In this document: in pieces, positions 9,284-17,316 of the stretch
Layout of the letters: every line of letters begins with the position of its first letter
How positions within the stretch are numbered: position 1 is the first letter of the stretch
DNA from: Tepidisphaeraceae bacterium
GTDB taxonomy: Bacteria > Planctomycetota > Phycisphaerae > Tepidisphaerales > Tepidisphaeraceae
DNA length: 64,000 nucleotides
NCBI GenBank assembly: GCA_049840775.1
Contig: JASGJJ010000005.1
Span: forward strand, 1,453,762-1,517,761
Direction of reading: 5' to 3'
Translations under genes and position numbers: made by a program
The notes under the pieces: generated by a model
Databases searched by the model: none
The model's input: the letters and a program-made list of their open reading frames with translations, nothing else
Told to the model about the DNA's origin: nothing

Positions 9284-9311
9284 TCCGCACCGAAGCTAAG
9301 CCTCGTAAAAC

Positions 9312-9355
9312 AAGCTGCCCGCCGACTTCATGTCGGCGGGCAGCTTCGCTTTTGG
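9312..9355 (+). terminator. Intrinsic terminator
   Basis: AAGCTGCCCGCCGAC (9312-9326) pairs with GTCGGCGGGCAGCTT (9332-9346) and is followed by CGCTTTTGG. It lies 29 nt after the stop at 9283. Confidence 0.75.
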
Positions 9356-9370
9356 CTTGGTTTGACGTAA

Positions 9371-9946
9371 CTATTCGGTCACTTTCACCACGTCCTTTGC
9401 CGGCGGCGTAACGGTCGCTTCCACCTTCGCGACGTACGGCAGAAATCGCCGCATCGGCGACGCAGCCAGTTGAACCGAGAGTGCCGTGCCGCACCCGATG
9501 ATCACCGATACCAAGCGTTCTGCGACGGTCGTTTCGACGTGATGGTCCTTTGCACTCATCACAATCACCGTAGCCACGCACGCCGTTCGCAGCGCGAGGT
9601 CCATGCGAAGCAGTTCGCCGACGAACACCGTGATGATCAGGGCGACGATGATGTACGTCAGATCGGTGCCCGCCCAGTAGCCCACAGTGAAACCGATCGC
9701 CGAGCCGAGCAGATTCGCCGCGATACGGAGCATTGCCGCGGAGAAGGACTGCGTGATGCCGGGGTACAGGATCAGGATCGCCGAGACGATCGCCCAGGTC
9801 ATCCCGGCCGAGCGCCCGTAGGCCGTGTACCCGATGCCGATCGCCCCGGCCGCGACCGCCAGTTGCAATGCGAAGAAACTCGCCGCCGCCAGCGATTGCG
9901 CCGTCGTTCGGCGTGGGGCGGCAATAATCGAACGTAGCCAAATCAT
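9371..9946 (-). CDS. FUSC/aromatic-acid-exporter-like integral membrane protein
   Basis: It uses the internal ATG 9946 (MIWLRSII..) of ORF 9371..10054; the longer form would overlap ispG. Several TM helices are visible (..AIVSAILILYPGITQSFSAAMLRIAANLLGSAIGFTVGYW..ERLVSVIIGCGTAL..). Confidence 0.55.
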   Translation of the reverse strand: MIWLRSIIAAPRRTTAQSLAAASFFALQLAVAAGAIGIGYTAYGRSAGMTWAIVSAILILYPGITQSFSAAMLRIAANLLGSAIGFTVGYWAGTDLTYIIVALIITVFVGELLRMDLALRTACVATVIVMSAKDHHVETTVAERLVSVIIGCGTALSVQLAASPMRRFLPYVAKVEATVTPPAKDVVKVTE

Positions 9947-10052
9947 GGGCGGGAGAGTGAAACGGCAAGTGCCTGCGGAATCAAGCCTCGGTGGAAACGA
10001 CAACGCCCCGCCGGCACTCGCCGGAATTGCCGGGAACCGATAGAATTTCGGC

Positions 10053-11306
10053 ATGATTCAACGTCGCCAAACGCGGCAGATTATCGTTGGTGACGACCGT
10101 GTCGGCCGCGTCAAAATCGGCGGCGGCGCCCGCGTCAGCGTCCAGACCATGACGGCCGGTTACACGCACGAGATCGATAAGTGCGTCGCCGAGATTCACA
10201 AGCTTGCCGCCGCCGGCGCTGATCTCGTTCGCGTCGCCGTGCCTGAGAAAAAAGACACCGAGGCGCTCAAGCAGATCCTGCCGCAAGTCAGCGTGCCGAT
10301 CGTGGCGGACGTGCACTTTCACTTCCAGCGGGTGCTCGAAAGCCTCGAAGCCGGCGTGCACAAAATCCGCCTGAATCCCGGCAATATCAGCGACCGCGAA
10401 CAAGTCGCCAAAGTCATCGACGCCTGCAAAGAGCGGAGCGTGCCGATCCGCGTCGGCGTGAATGAAGGCTCGATCATCGAACGCCGCGATAAACAGAAGC
10501 GGATGAAAGAACTCGGCGGCGTCTTCGGCGACAACAAGCACAGCCATTTCCTGGCCATCATGATCACCAAGCTCGAGGAATACCTCGACATTTTCTACGA
10601 ACGCAATTTTTACGACATAGCAATCAGTGCCAAGAGCATTGACCCGATGCTCGTAATCGCCGCCTACACAGAAATCGCCAAGCGATTCGATCACCCGCTG
10701 CACCTCGGCGTCACCCACGCCGGCCCGAAGGAAACCGGCACGATCCGCAGCGTCGTCCCGCTCGGCCACCTGTTGGCGAGCGGCATCGGCGACACCATCC
10801 GCATCAGCTACGCGAATGACCCGATCTACGAAGTGCAAGACGCGCTTGAAATGCTTTACTGCCTGGAACTTCGCGAGCGCAAAGGTGCCGAACTCATCGC
10901 CTGCCCGACGTGTGGCCGCATTCAGGTCGATCTGTTCAAGCTCGTGCAGGACGTCCGCAAGCAGCTCGAAAAGGAAATCGAACTGCCGATCAAAGTAGCC
11001 GTCATGGGCTGCGTGGTGAACGGTCCCGGCGAGGCCGAGGGTGCCGACGTCGCCATCTTCGCCGGCGATCGCCGCGGCATCATCTACGTGCAAGGCGAAA
11101 AAGTCGCCAACGTTCCTGAAGAACAAATTCTCGAGCGTTTACTCGAAGAATGCCGCCTTTTTCAGCACCGAATCCGCAGCGGCGAAGCCAAGCTCGGCGA
11201 GAAGAAAGTCGACATTCTTCCGCCCGATCCGATCGGCGAACTCGGCAGCGGCTGGGAGAAAATCCAGAAAGAGAAATCGGGCATCGGCCTGCCGGTCGTG
11301 CGGTAA
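10053..11306 (+). CDS. ispG: 4-hydroxy-3-methylbut-2-en-1-yl diphosphate synthase
   Basis: The ORF is 417 aa. Motifs include ..KIGGGARVSVQTMT..AGADLVRVAVP..VPIVADVHFHF..IRLNPGNI..ACPTCGR..AVMGCVVNGPGEA (Fe-S cysteines). Confidence 0.92.
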   Translation: MIQRRQTRQIIVGDDRVGRVKIGGGARVSVQTMTAGYTHEIDKCVAEIHKLAAAGADLVRVAVPEKKDTEALKQILPQVSVPIVADVHFHFQRVLESLEAGVHKIRLNPGNISDREQVAKVIDACKERSVPIRVGVNEGSIIERRDKQKRMKELGGVFGDNKHSHFLAIMITKLEEYLDIFYERNFYDIAISAKSIDPMLVIAAYTEIAKRFDHPLHLGVTHAGPKETGTIRSVVPLGHLLASGIGDTIRISYANDPIYEVQDALEMLYCLELRERKGAELIACPTCGRIQVDLFKLVQDVRKQLEKEIELPIKVAVMGCVVNGPGEAEGADVAIFAGDRRGIIYVQGEKVANVPEEQILERLLEECRLFQHRIRSGEAKLGEKKVDILPPDPIGELGSGWEKIQKEKSGIGLPVVR

Positions 11307-11356
11307 ATCGTCACGTATTTCGTGACAAATCGCCAACAAGCGTGTAGCTTGTTCGC

Positions 11357-12508
11357 ATGCGACGTATCGCCCTTGCCGCCGCCACATTGCTGGCCCTGTC
11401 GGAGATTTCGTTCGGCCAAACGACCCGCACCGTCCCGGCCGGGCCGTTTCTTGAGCAGATCAAAACGAATTTTACCACGTGGGACCGTGACAAAGACGGC
11501 AAGCTTTCGTTCGACGAAATCGAACTCGCCTGCGCCGATCCGAAGGTGAAAGGCCCCACTGCCGCCGCCGCCGCGACGATGCGAAATCTCGCCAAACTGC
11601 GTGGCCTGACGCTCGCGGAATACACCGCCGCCCTGACAACGCTCACGGCCGAAGACCGCGACAACGTTAACAACTACGAAGCCTCATTCACGGCCGCCCT
11701 CAAAAAACTGAACGGCATCAATCGCCAGATTTTCCCGGCCGGCCTGCCGAAAGGGGATCAACTGGCGCAAGGCAAACTCGGCGACTGCTTCCTGCTGGTC
11801 GGCGTTGGCACGATGGCGCAGACGCAGCCGGAGCGGCTGAAGGCGCTGATCGAGCCGCTCCCGGGCGATAAGTTCGCCGTGAATTTTAAAGACGGCAAAC
11901 GCATCGAATTGCCCATGCCCACCGATGCCGAAGTGATCATCGGCAGTTCAACGCGCGGCGACGGCGTCTGGGGCAACGCGTTCGAAAAAGCCATCGGCCA
12001 ACGCTACCTCGACCGCCAATTGCCCGAAAAACGTGCGGTAACGCCGTACGCCTACATCGGCAAAGGCGGCCAGCCGAACGTGCCCGTCGCGATGATGACG
12101 GGCAAAAAGCTGAAGCGCGAAGGCTGTGAAATGTTCCAGAAGGGCACGCTCGACGCCGCCGGCCAGGCCAAGCGATTGGACGAAATCCGCGACGCCCTCG
12201 AAAACGCGTTCAAAGACGGCCGACTCGTCATCGGCGGCACGGCCCCGCTGAGCGGGCCGCAGGCGAAGGTTCGTGGCCTTTACTACAATCACAGTTATGG
12301 CGTCCTCAATTACGACCGCAAAACCGACGTCGTCACCTTCTGGAACCCGATGAGCAACGCCTTCACCCCCAAGGGAACGCCGGGCCTGGAGAACGGCTAT
12401 AAAACCAGCTACGGCCGGTTCGATTGTCCGCTGAAAGAGGCAGTCATGTGGTTCGGCAGTTTCTCGATCGAGCAGAACGAAAACGTCGCCGAAATCGGCC
12501 AAAAATAA
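11357..12508 (+). CDS. Secreted calpain-like (peptidase C2) cysteine protease with an N-terminal EF-hand
   Basis: The signal peptide is MRRIALAAATLLALSEISFG. A canonical EF-hand loop DRDKDGKLSFDE follows. The calpain triad context is AQGKLGDCFLLVG (Cys), YYNHSYGVLNYD (His) and VTFWNPMSN (Asn). Confidence 0.7.
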   Translation: MRRIALAAATLLALSEISFGQTTRTVPAGPFLEQIKTNFTTWDRDKDGKLSFDEIELACADPKVKGPTAAAAATMRNLAKLRGLTLAEYTAALTTLTAEDRDNVNNYEASFTAALKKLNGINRQIFPAGLPKGDQLAQGKLGDCFLLVGVGTMAQTQPERLKALIEPLPGDKFAVNFKDGKRIELPMPTDAEVIIGSSTRGDGVWGNAFEKAIGQRYLDRQLPEKRAVTPYAYIGKGGQPNVPVAMMTGKKLKREGCEMFQKGTLDAAGQAKRLDEIRDALENAFKDGRLVIGGTAPLSGPQAKVRGLYYNHSYGVLNYDRKTDVVTFWNPMSNAFTPKGTPGLENGYKTSYGRFDCPLKEAVMWFGSFSIEQNENVAEIGQK

Positions 12509-12546
12509 AGCTTGAATTCGCCATCCCGACTCCTAAATTGTTAGGG

Positions 12547-13674
12547 ATGGGTTTGGTAGAATACGAATACCCGGACGCCCTCCCCGCGGGCCCCGCACAC
12601 CGCCGAGGTGCGGGGCTGAACCCGGGCAACCGGTTCGAGTCGTACCGTCTTCACGTGCTCGGCGAAGAGCTGGACCGCCAGGCCGTCGAGCGCGAAGAAG
12701 CCGGCGGTAAAATTGTCATCCAGCGGCAGGTGTTCCGCGACCGAACACAGTCGATCATCAACCGTGTCGCCCAGACGTCTGACGTCCCCTTCGATTGGAC
12801 ACTCAACCCGTACCGCGGCTGCGAACACGGGTGCATCTACTGCTTTGCGAGGCCTTACCATGAGTATCTCGGATTTAGCAGCGGGATGGATTTTGAGACC
12901 AAGCTCATCGCCAAGCCGGACGCTCCGGACTTGCTGATCCGCGAACTCGCCAGCCCCAACTGGCGGGCCGAGCCGATCGTCATGTCGGCGATTACCGACA
13001 TCTACCAGCCGATCGAGCACAAGATGCGAATCGCCCGGAAATGCCTGCAAATCCTGGCCGATTGCGGGCAGCCGGTGTCGACGATGACCAAGAGCGCCCT
13101 GGTGCTTCGTGACACTGATTTGTGGGCGAAACTCGCCGAAAAGCGGGCCGGCCGCGTGACCGTGACACTGGTCACCCTCGACGCGGAGTTGGCCAAGCGG
13201 CTCGAGCCCCGTGCCAGTTCGCCGGCCGCCCGGTTGCGGGTCATCCGTGAGTTAACCGCGGCGGGCATTCCGGTGAGCGTGAATATTGCCCCGGTGATTC
13301 CGGGTTTAACTGACACGGAAATCCCCGCCATCCTGCGGGCCGTCGCTGAAGCCGGCGCACGGCGGGTCTTCTGGGTATTGCTACGATTGCCCTATCAGTT
13401 GAAAGCACTGTTTCTCGACTGGCTGCAGCGAAACGTTCACCCGCGGCGTGCGGCGAAGGTGGAATCGCTCATCCGCCAGTCCCGCGGCGGCAAGCTGTAT
13501 GACGCCAGCTACGCCACCCGCCGCCGCGGCACGGGGCCGATCGTTGATCAGATCCGCCAGACCTTCGAAATCCTCATCCGCCGCCACGGCCTCGACCAGG
13601 ACATGGCGCCGCTGTCCAACGCCAGTTTTAAGCCGCCCGTGCCGCCGGGCGCTCAACTTTCTCTATTCACTTAG
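12547..13674 (+). CDS. Radical SAM protein (PA0069 / SplB-like, COG1533 type)
   Basis: It uses ATG 12547 (MGLVEYEY..) inside ORF 12424..13674. It carries NPYRGCEHGCIYCFARP (CxxxCxxC) and a TIM-barrel-like remainder. Confidence 0.75.
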   Translation: MGLVEYEYPDALPAGPAHRRGAGLNPGNRFESYRLHVLGEELDRQAVEREEAGGKIVIQRQVFRDRTQSIINRVAQTSDVPFDWTLNPYRGCEHGCIYCFARPYHEYLGFSSGMDFETKLIAKPDAPDLLIRELASPNWRAEPIVMSAITDIYQPIEHKMRIARKCLQILADCGQPVSTMTKSALVLRDTDLWAKLAEKRAGRVTVTLVTLDAELAKRLEPRASSPAARLRVIRELTAAGIPVSVNIAPVIPGLTDTEIPAILRAVAEAGARRVFWVLLRLPYQLKALFLDWLQRNVHPRRAAKVESLIRQSRGGKLYDASYATRRRGTGPIVDQIRQTFEILIRRHGLDQDMAPLSNASFKPPVPPGAQLSLFT

Positions 13675-13739
13675 CCGCTTCGCTTGCGAAGCGCTTGGAA
13701 TGATTCCATCTCCAATCGCTTCGCAAGCGAAGCGGCTAA
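13671..13739. repeat. Nested palindrome (23-bp perfect arms) that overlaps a stop codon
   Basis: 13671-13693 TTAGCCGCTTCGCTTGCGAAGCG is the exact reverse complement of 13717-13739. Each arm is itself self-complementary (CTTCGC-TT-GCGAAG). The TAG at 13672-13674 is the radical SAM gene's stop. Confidence 0.85.
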
Positions 13740-13821
13740 ATCACTGGAAAAATCAGGGCATTTCGGAGGGCCGTATGTTAACTCATCATGTGGCAGTCAT
13801 TTTTGTTATCATGGTCGCCCT

Positions 13822-14813
13822 ATGTCTATTCGCGTCGGTATTGTCGGTATTGCGGGCTACGGCGGCGGCGAAACGCTTCGCTACCTGTCGCAGCACCCGA
13901 AGTTCCAGCTCGTCTACGCCGCCGGCGAAAGCACGGCCGGGCAACGCGTGGGCGAACGCTACCCCGGCGCACCGCAAGCCATCGCTGACCTGGTCATCGA
14001 GAAGTTTGACCCGTCGAACCTCGGCGACGTCGAAGTGCTGTTCACCTCGCTGCCTACCGGCGCCAGCCGGGAGCCGCTCGCCATGGTCAGCCCGAAGACT
14101 AAGATTGTGGACATCGGCGGCGATCACCGCTACGTCGACGGCTGGACGTACGGCCTGGCGGACGTCTGGCCGGAACAGATGGCGGGCAAAACCCGCATCG
14201 CCAACCCCGGCTGCTACCCCGCCGCCACCCTCACCGCGCTCGCCCCACTGCTGGCGAACAAACTCATCAGCCCGGACCGCATCATCGTCGACGCCAAGAG
14301 CGGCATCAGCGGTGCCGGCCGGGGCGGCGGCGACAGCAAATTCGGCTACGCCGAGTGCAACGAAGACTTCACCGCGTACGGCCTCATCAAGCACACGCAC
14401 ATGCCCGAAATCGAAAAAACGATTTCACTGCTCGCCGGCCTGCCCGGTACGGCCCGGCCGAAGGATTTCGTCTTCACGCCGCACCTCATCCCCCAAACCC
14501 GCGGCATTCTCGCCACCGTCTACGCGCGCGGCACCGCCAGCACCGAAGACTGCCTGGCCGCCGCCCGGTCGTTCTATAAAGACCGCAAATTCGTCCGCGT
14601 CACCGAAAAAGCCCCGCACACCAAGTGGACGACTGGCAGTAATCTTGCGTTTGTCAGTTATGCCACCGATCCGTCGCGGGAACTGGTCATCGCGCGTTTC
14701 CGCGATCGACAACCTCGGCAAAGGCGCGGCCGGGCAGGCGATCCAGAACGCCAACCTCATCTGCGGCCTGCCCGAAGACGCCGGCCTCGGGGCGCGCGCC
14801 GCTCTGGCCGTAA
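13822..14813 (+). CDS. argC: N-acetyl-gamma-glutamyl-phosphate reductase; two apparent frameshifts near the 3' end
   Basis: The N-terminus is MSIRVGIVGIAGYGGGETLRYL, followed by IANPGCYPAA (catalytic Cys) in ORF 13684..14847. After ~14695 the conserved ..VSAIDNLGKGAAGQAIQNANLICGLPEDAGL sits in the frame of ORF 13448..14887. A third frame gives the typical end PLWP-TAA at 14811-14813. Confidence 0.85.
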
Positions 14814-14826
14814 GCGACGCCGATCC

Positions 14827-15963
14827 TTACGCGTTTTCGTCGTCTGACTTCAGCAGGGCCTGCAGCATGGCGCCCAGGACGCGGTAGCCGCGTTTAGTGA
14901 AGTGACTGGTGTCGTCGACCAGCGTGCTGCTGTCGGACACGTTTGTGAAGCGGTCGTAAATATCGAGGAACTCAAACCCGTTCGCCGCCGCCGTGCGGGA
15001 GAGGCGGGAATTGAGCGTGAGAATCCGCTCGGTCACGCCGGCATCCGTGCGCGGCCCCAGGCCGATGAGGATGATGCGGGTGTCGGGGAGTTTTTCGCGG
15101 AGCAGTTTCACGAGGGTGATGATGCCGCGGTAAATCTGCTCGTCGGTTCCGCCGGTCGTCGGGTCATTGAAGTTGTTCGTGCCGACGGAAACGATGAGGG
15201 TTTCGGGCTTGAGTTTGTCGAAGAGCCCTTCTTCGACGCGGCGGATCATCAGCCGCGTGGTGTCGCCGGCAATGCCGAGGTCGAGGGCGTTGGGGAACTT
15301 GGCGTTCCAGGTGCTGCGCCCGACGGTGGCGAAGCGGGCCGCGTGCGAGTCGCCGAAGAAGACCGTCGCCGCACGGCTCTTGTTCGCTGCCGCCCGCTGT
15401 TCCTCGGCCAACTCGGCCCAGTAGGAATCGTCGTCGTACTTCGCGTTGTAGATGGCGTCCGACGGCGTCTGCCCGTCGGACGCCTCGTATTGTTTCACGC
15501 TCGACGTTTCGACGGAGTAGACCGACGGGTTGTAAGTCAAACCTTCGACACGCAACTGGTCCGTCCCGGCACCCGTGTCGATGCGAACCGAACTGAACAG
15601 GCTGCTGGAGATTTCGTACGTTTTTGAAACGGAGGAGACCAAAATGCCGGCGTCATCGGCGGCGGCGGTGGTGAGGTCGTTTGAATAGGTTTTCGCGGTC
15701 GTGTCGATGCGAATTTTCCCGCCGGAGACGCGGCGGATGAGCACACTGTCGTCGCCGATGGTGCCGCGGATATTCAGCACGTTGTCGGCGTCGACGTAGA
15801 GCAGCACGCCGCTGTACGCCGTCTCCGAATTGCCGTCGCCGTAGTAGAGGCTCTGGCGATAGCTCGACAGTTTTGTGCCGACCGAAAGCACGCCGTCGGA
15901 AGCGGCGGCATAGTTTCGCCCTTCCAGTGCTTCGACCAGAGGACGACGGTTTTTCGCGGACAT
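14827..15963 (-). CDS. Secreted SGNH/GDSL hydrolase with a beta-rich N-terminal domain and an LExLExR-type N-terminus
   Basis: It uses ATG 15963 inside ORF 14827..16038. The N-terminus is MSAKNRRPLVEALEGRNYAAAS. SGNH blocks are VFFGDSHAARF (I), SVGTNNFND (III) and VDDTSHFTKRG (V). Confidence 0.75.
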   Translation of the reverse strand: MSAKNRRPLVEALEGRNYAAASDGVLSVGTKLSSYRQSLYYGDGNSETAYSGVLLYVDADNVLNIRGTIGDDSVLIRRVSGGKIRIDTTAKTYSNDLTTAAADDAGILVSSVSKTYEISSSLFSSVRIDTGAGTDQLRVEGLTYNPSVYSVETSSVKQYEASDGQTPSDAIYNAKYDDDSYWAELAEEQRAAANKSRAATVFFGDSHAARFATVGRSTWNAKFPNALDLGIAGDTTRLMIRRVEEGLFDKLKPETLIVSVGTNNFNDPTTGGTDEQIYRGIITLVKLLREKLPDTRIILIGLGPRTDAGVTERILTLNSRLSRTAAANGFEFLDIYDRFTNVSDSSTLVDDTSHFTKRGYRVLGAMLQALLKSDDENA

Positions 15964-16280
15964 CCGGACGCTTCCCTTCCACACGCCAGCCGCCCAATCA
16001 CATACGCTTTGTATTGTGACTCCATCGAATGCAATCATTCATCGAACAGGCCGCTCCCATGGCGGCCGCTTTTTCTGGCCGTCATGGGAGATGGGTTGTG
16101 CCCGACGTCACAACCCGGCCGTGTTCGAATCAGATTCGGCGGAGGGCGAACTGCTGACGGAATGCAGGTTGAGAACGCCGCGATTTTCCGCCACGAATTG
16201 TGCCGCGGGGATGCGGCATAAACCCGCATTCCCGCCGGCTTGGAACTTCATCTTCGCTTAAGAAATCAATCCAAATGAAA

Positions 16281-17273
16281 TCAAATCGGCAGCAGCCGTT
16301 CGAGCAGTTCGGCCCAGTAGCAGATGATCAGGTCGGCACCGGCGCGTTTGATGGCGAGCAGGCTTTCAAGGACGACGCGGTCGCGGTCGAGCCAGCCGTT
16401 GGCGGCGGCGGCTTCGATCTGGCTGTATTCGCCGCTGACCTGGTACGCCACCACCGGCACGTTCACCCGCTGCCGGACCGCCGCGAGCACATCCAGGTAC
16501 GCCCCGGCGGGCTTGACCATGACCATATCGGCGCCCTGGGCGAGGTCGAGATCGACTTCGCGCATCGCCTCTTCGATGCCGGCCGCGGGGTTCATCTGGT
16601 AGCTGCGGCGGTCGCCGAACGCGGGAGCGCTCTCGGCGGCGTCACGGAACGGGCCGTAGTAGGCGCTGGCGTATTTGACGGCGTAGCTGAGAACGGGGAC
16701 GTGGTTGAACCCCGCCGCGTCCAGGCCCTGCCGGATCGCCGCCACCATGCCGTCCATCATGCCGCTGGGGGCGATGACGTCCGCACCCGCCTTGGCGTGA
16801 TTGACGGCCTGGGCGGCCAGCAGCTTGAGCGTGGCGTCGTTATCGACGTCGCCGCGGTCGGCGGTGAGCGGGCCGCAGTGGCCGTGGTCGGTGTACTCGC
16901 ACAGGCAGAGGTCGGGGATGGCCGCCATGGTGAGCTTGCGGCGTTTGGTTTCGCGGATGAGTTCGCAGACGACGTTGCCTTCGTGCAGCGATTCACTGCC
17001 GGTGGCGTCTTTCTTTTTCGAGTCGACCACGCCGAAGGGCAGGTACGCCTTGTAACCCGCGGCCGCACGGGCGGTCAGCCAGTCGGCGGCGACGTCGACC
17101 GACATCTGAAACACGCCCGGCATGCTGCCGATCGCCCGCTTCACGCCCGCGCCTTCACAAACGAACACCGGCACGATGATGTCGCTACGGCGGAGTTCCA
17201 CACGCTGCAGCATTTCCCGCAGTTGCGGCTGTTGACGAAGGCGACGCGGACGAACGGGCAATTCGAAGCTCAT
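16281..17273 (-). CDS. hemB: Porphobilinogen synthase (delta-aminolevulinate dehydratase)
   Basis: It uses ATG 17273 (MSFELPVRPRRLR..) inside ORF 16281..17423. It has the Zn-type Cys cluster DLCLCEYTDHGHCG and the Schiff-base Lys context DMVMVKPAGAYLD. Confidence 0.92.
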   Translation of the reverse strand: MSFELPVRPRRLRQQPQLREMLQRVELRRSDIIVPVFVCEGAGVKRAIGSMPGVFQMSVDVAADWLTARAAAGYKAYLPFGVVDSKKKDATGSESLHEGNVVCELIRETKRRKLTMAAIPDLCLCEYTDHGHCGPLTADRGDVDNDATLKLLAAQAVNHAKAGADVIAPSGMMDGMVAAIRQGLDAAGFNHVPVLSYAVKYASAYYGPFRDAAESAPAFGDRRSYQMNPAAGIEEAMREVDLDLAQGADMVMVKPAGAYLDVLAAVRQRVNVPVVAYQVSGEYSQIEAAAANGWLDRDRVVLESLLAIKRAGADLIICYWAELLERLLPI

Positions 17274-17316
17274 GCCGAAGATGATACACGGCCCGGGCCA
17301 CGATATGATCGCCGGC

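Noticed and set aside
16049-16076. Plus-strand hairpin GGCCGC/GCGGCC followed by a T-run, as a terminator
   Set aside because: No plus-strand gene ends upstream of it. On the minus strand, where hemB ends at 16281, the T-run is on the wrong side. I left it unannotated.
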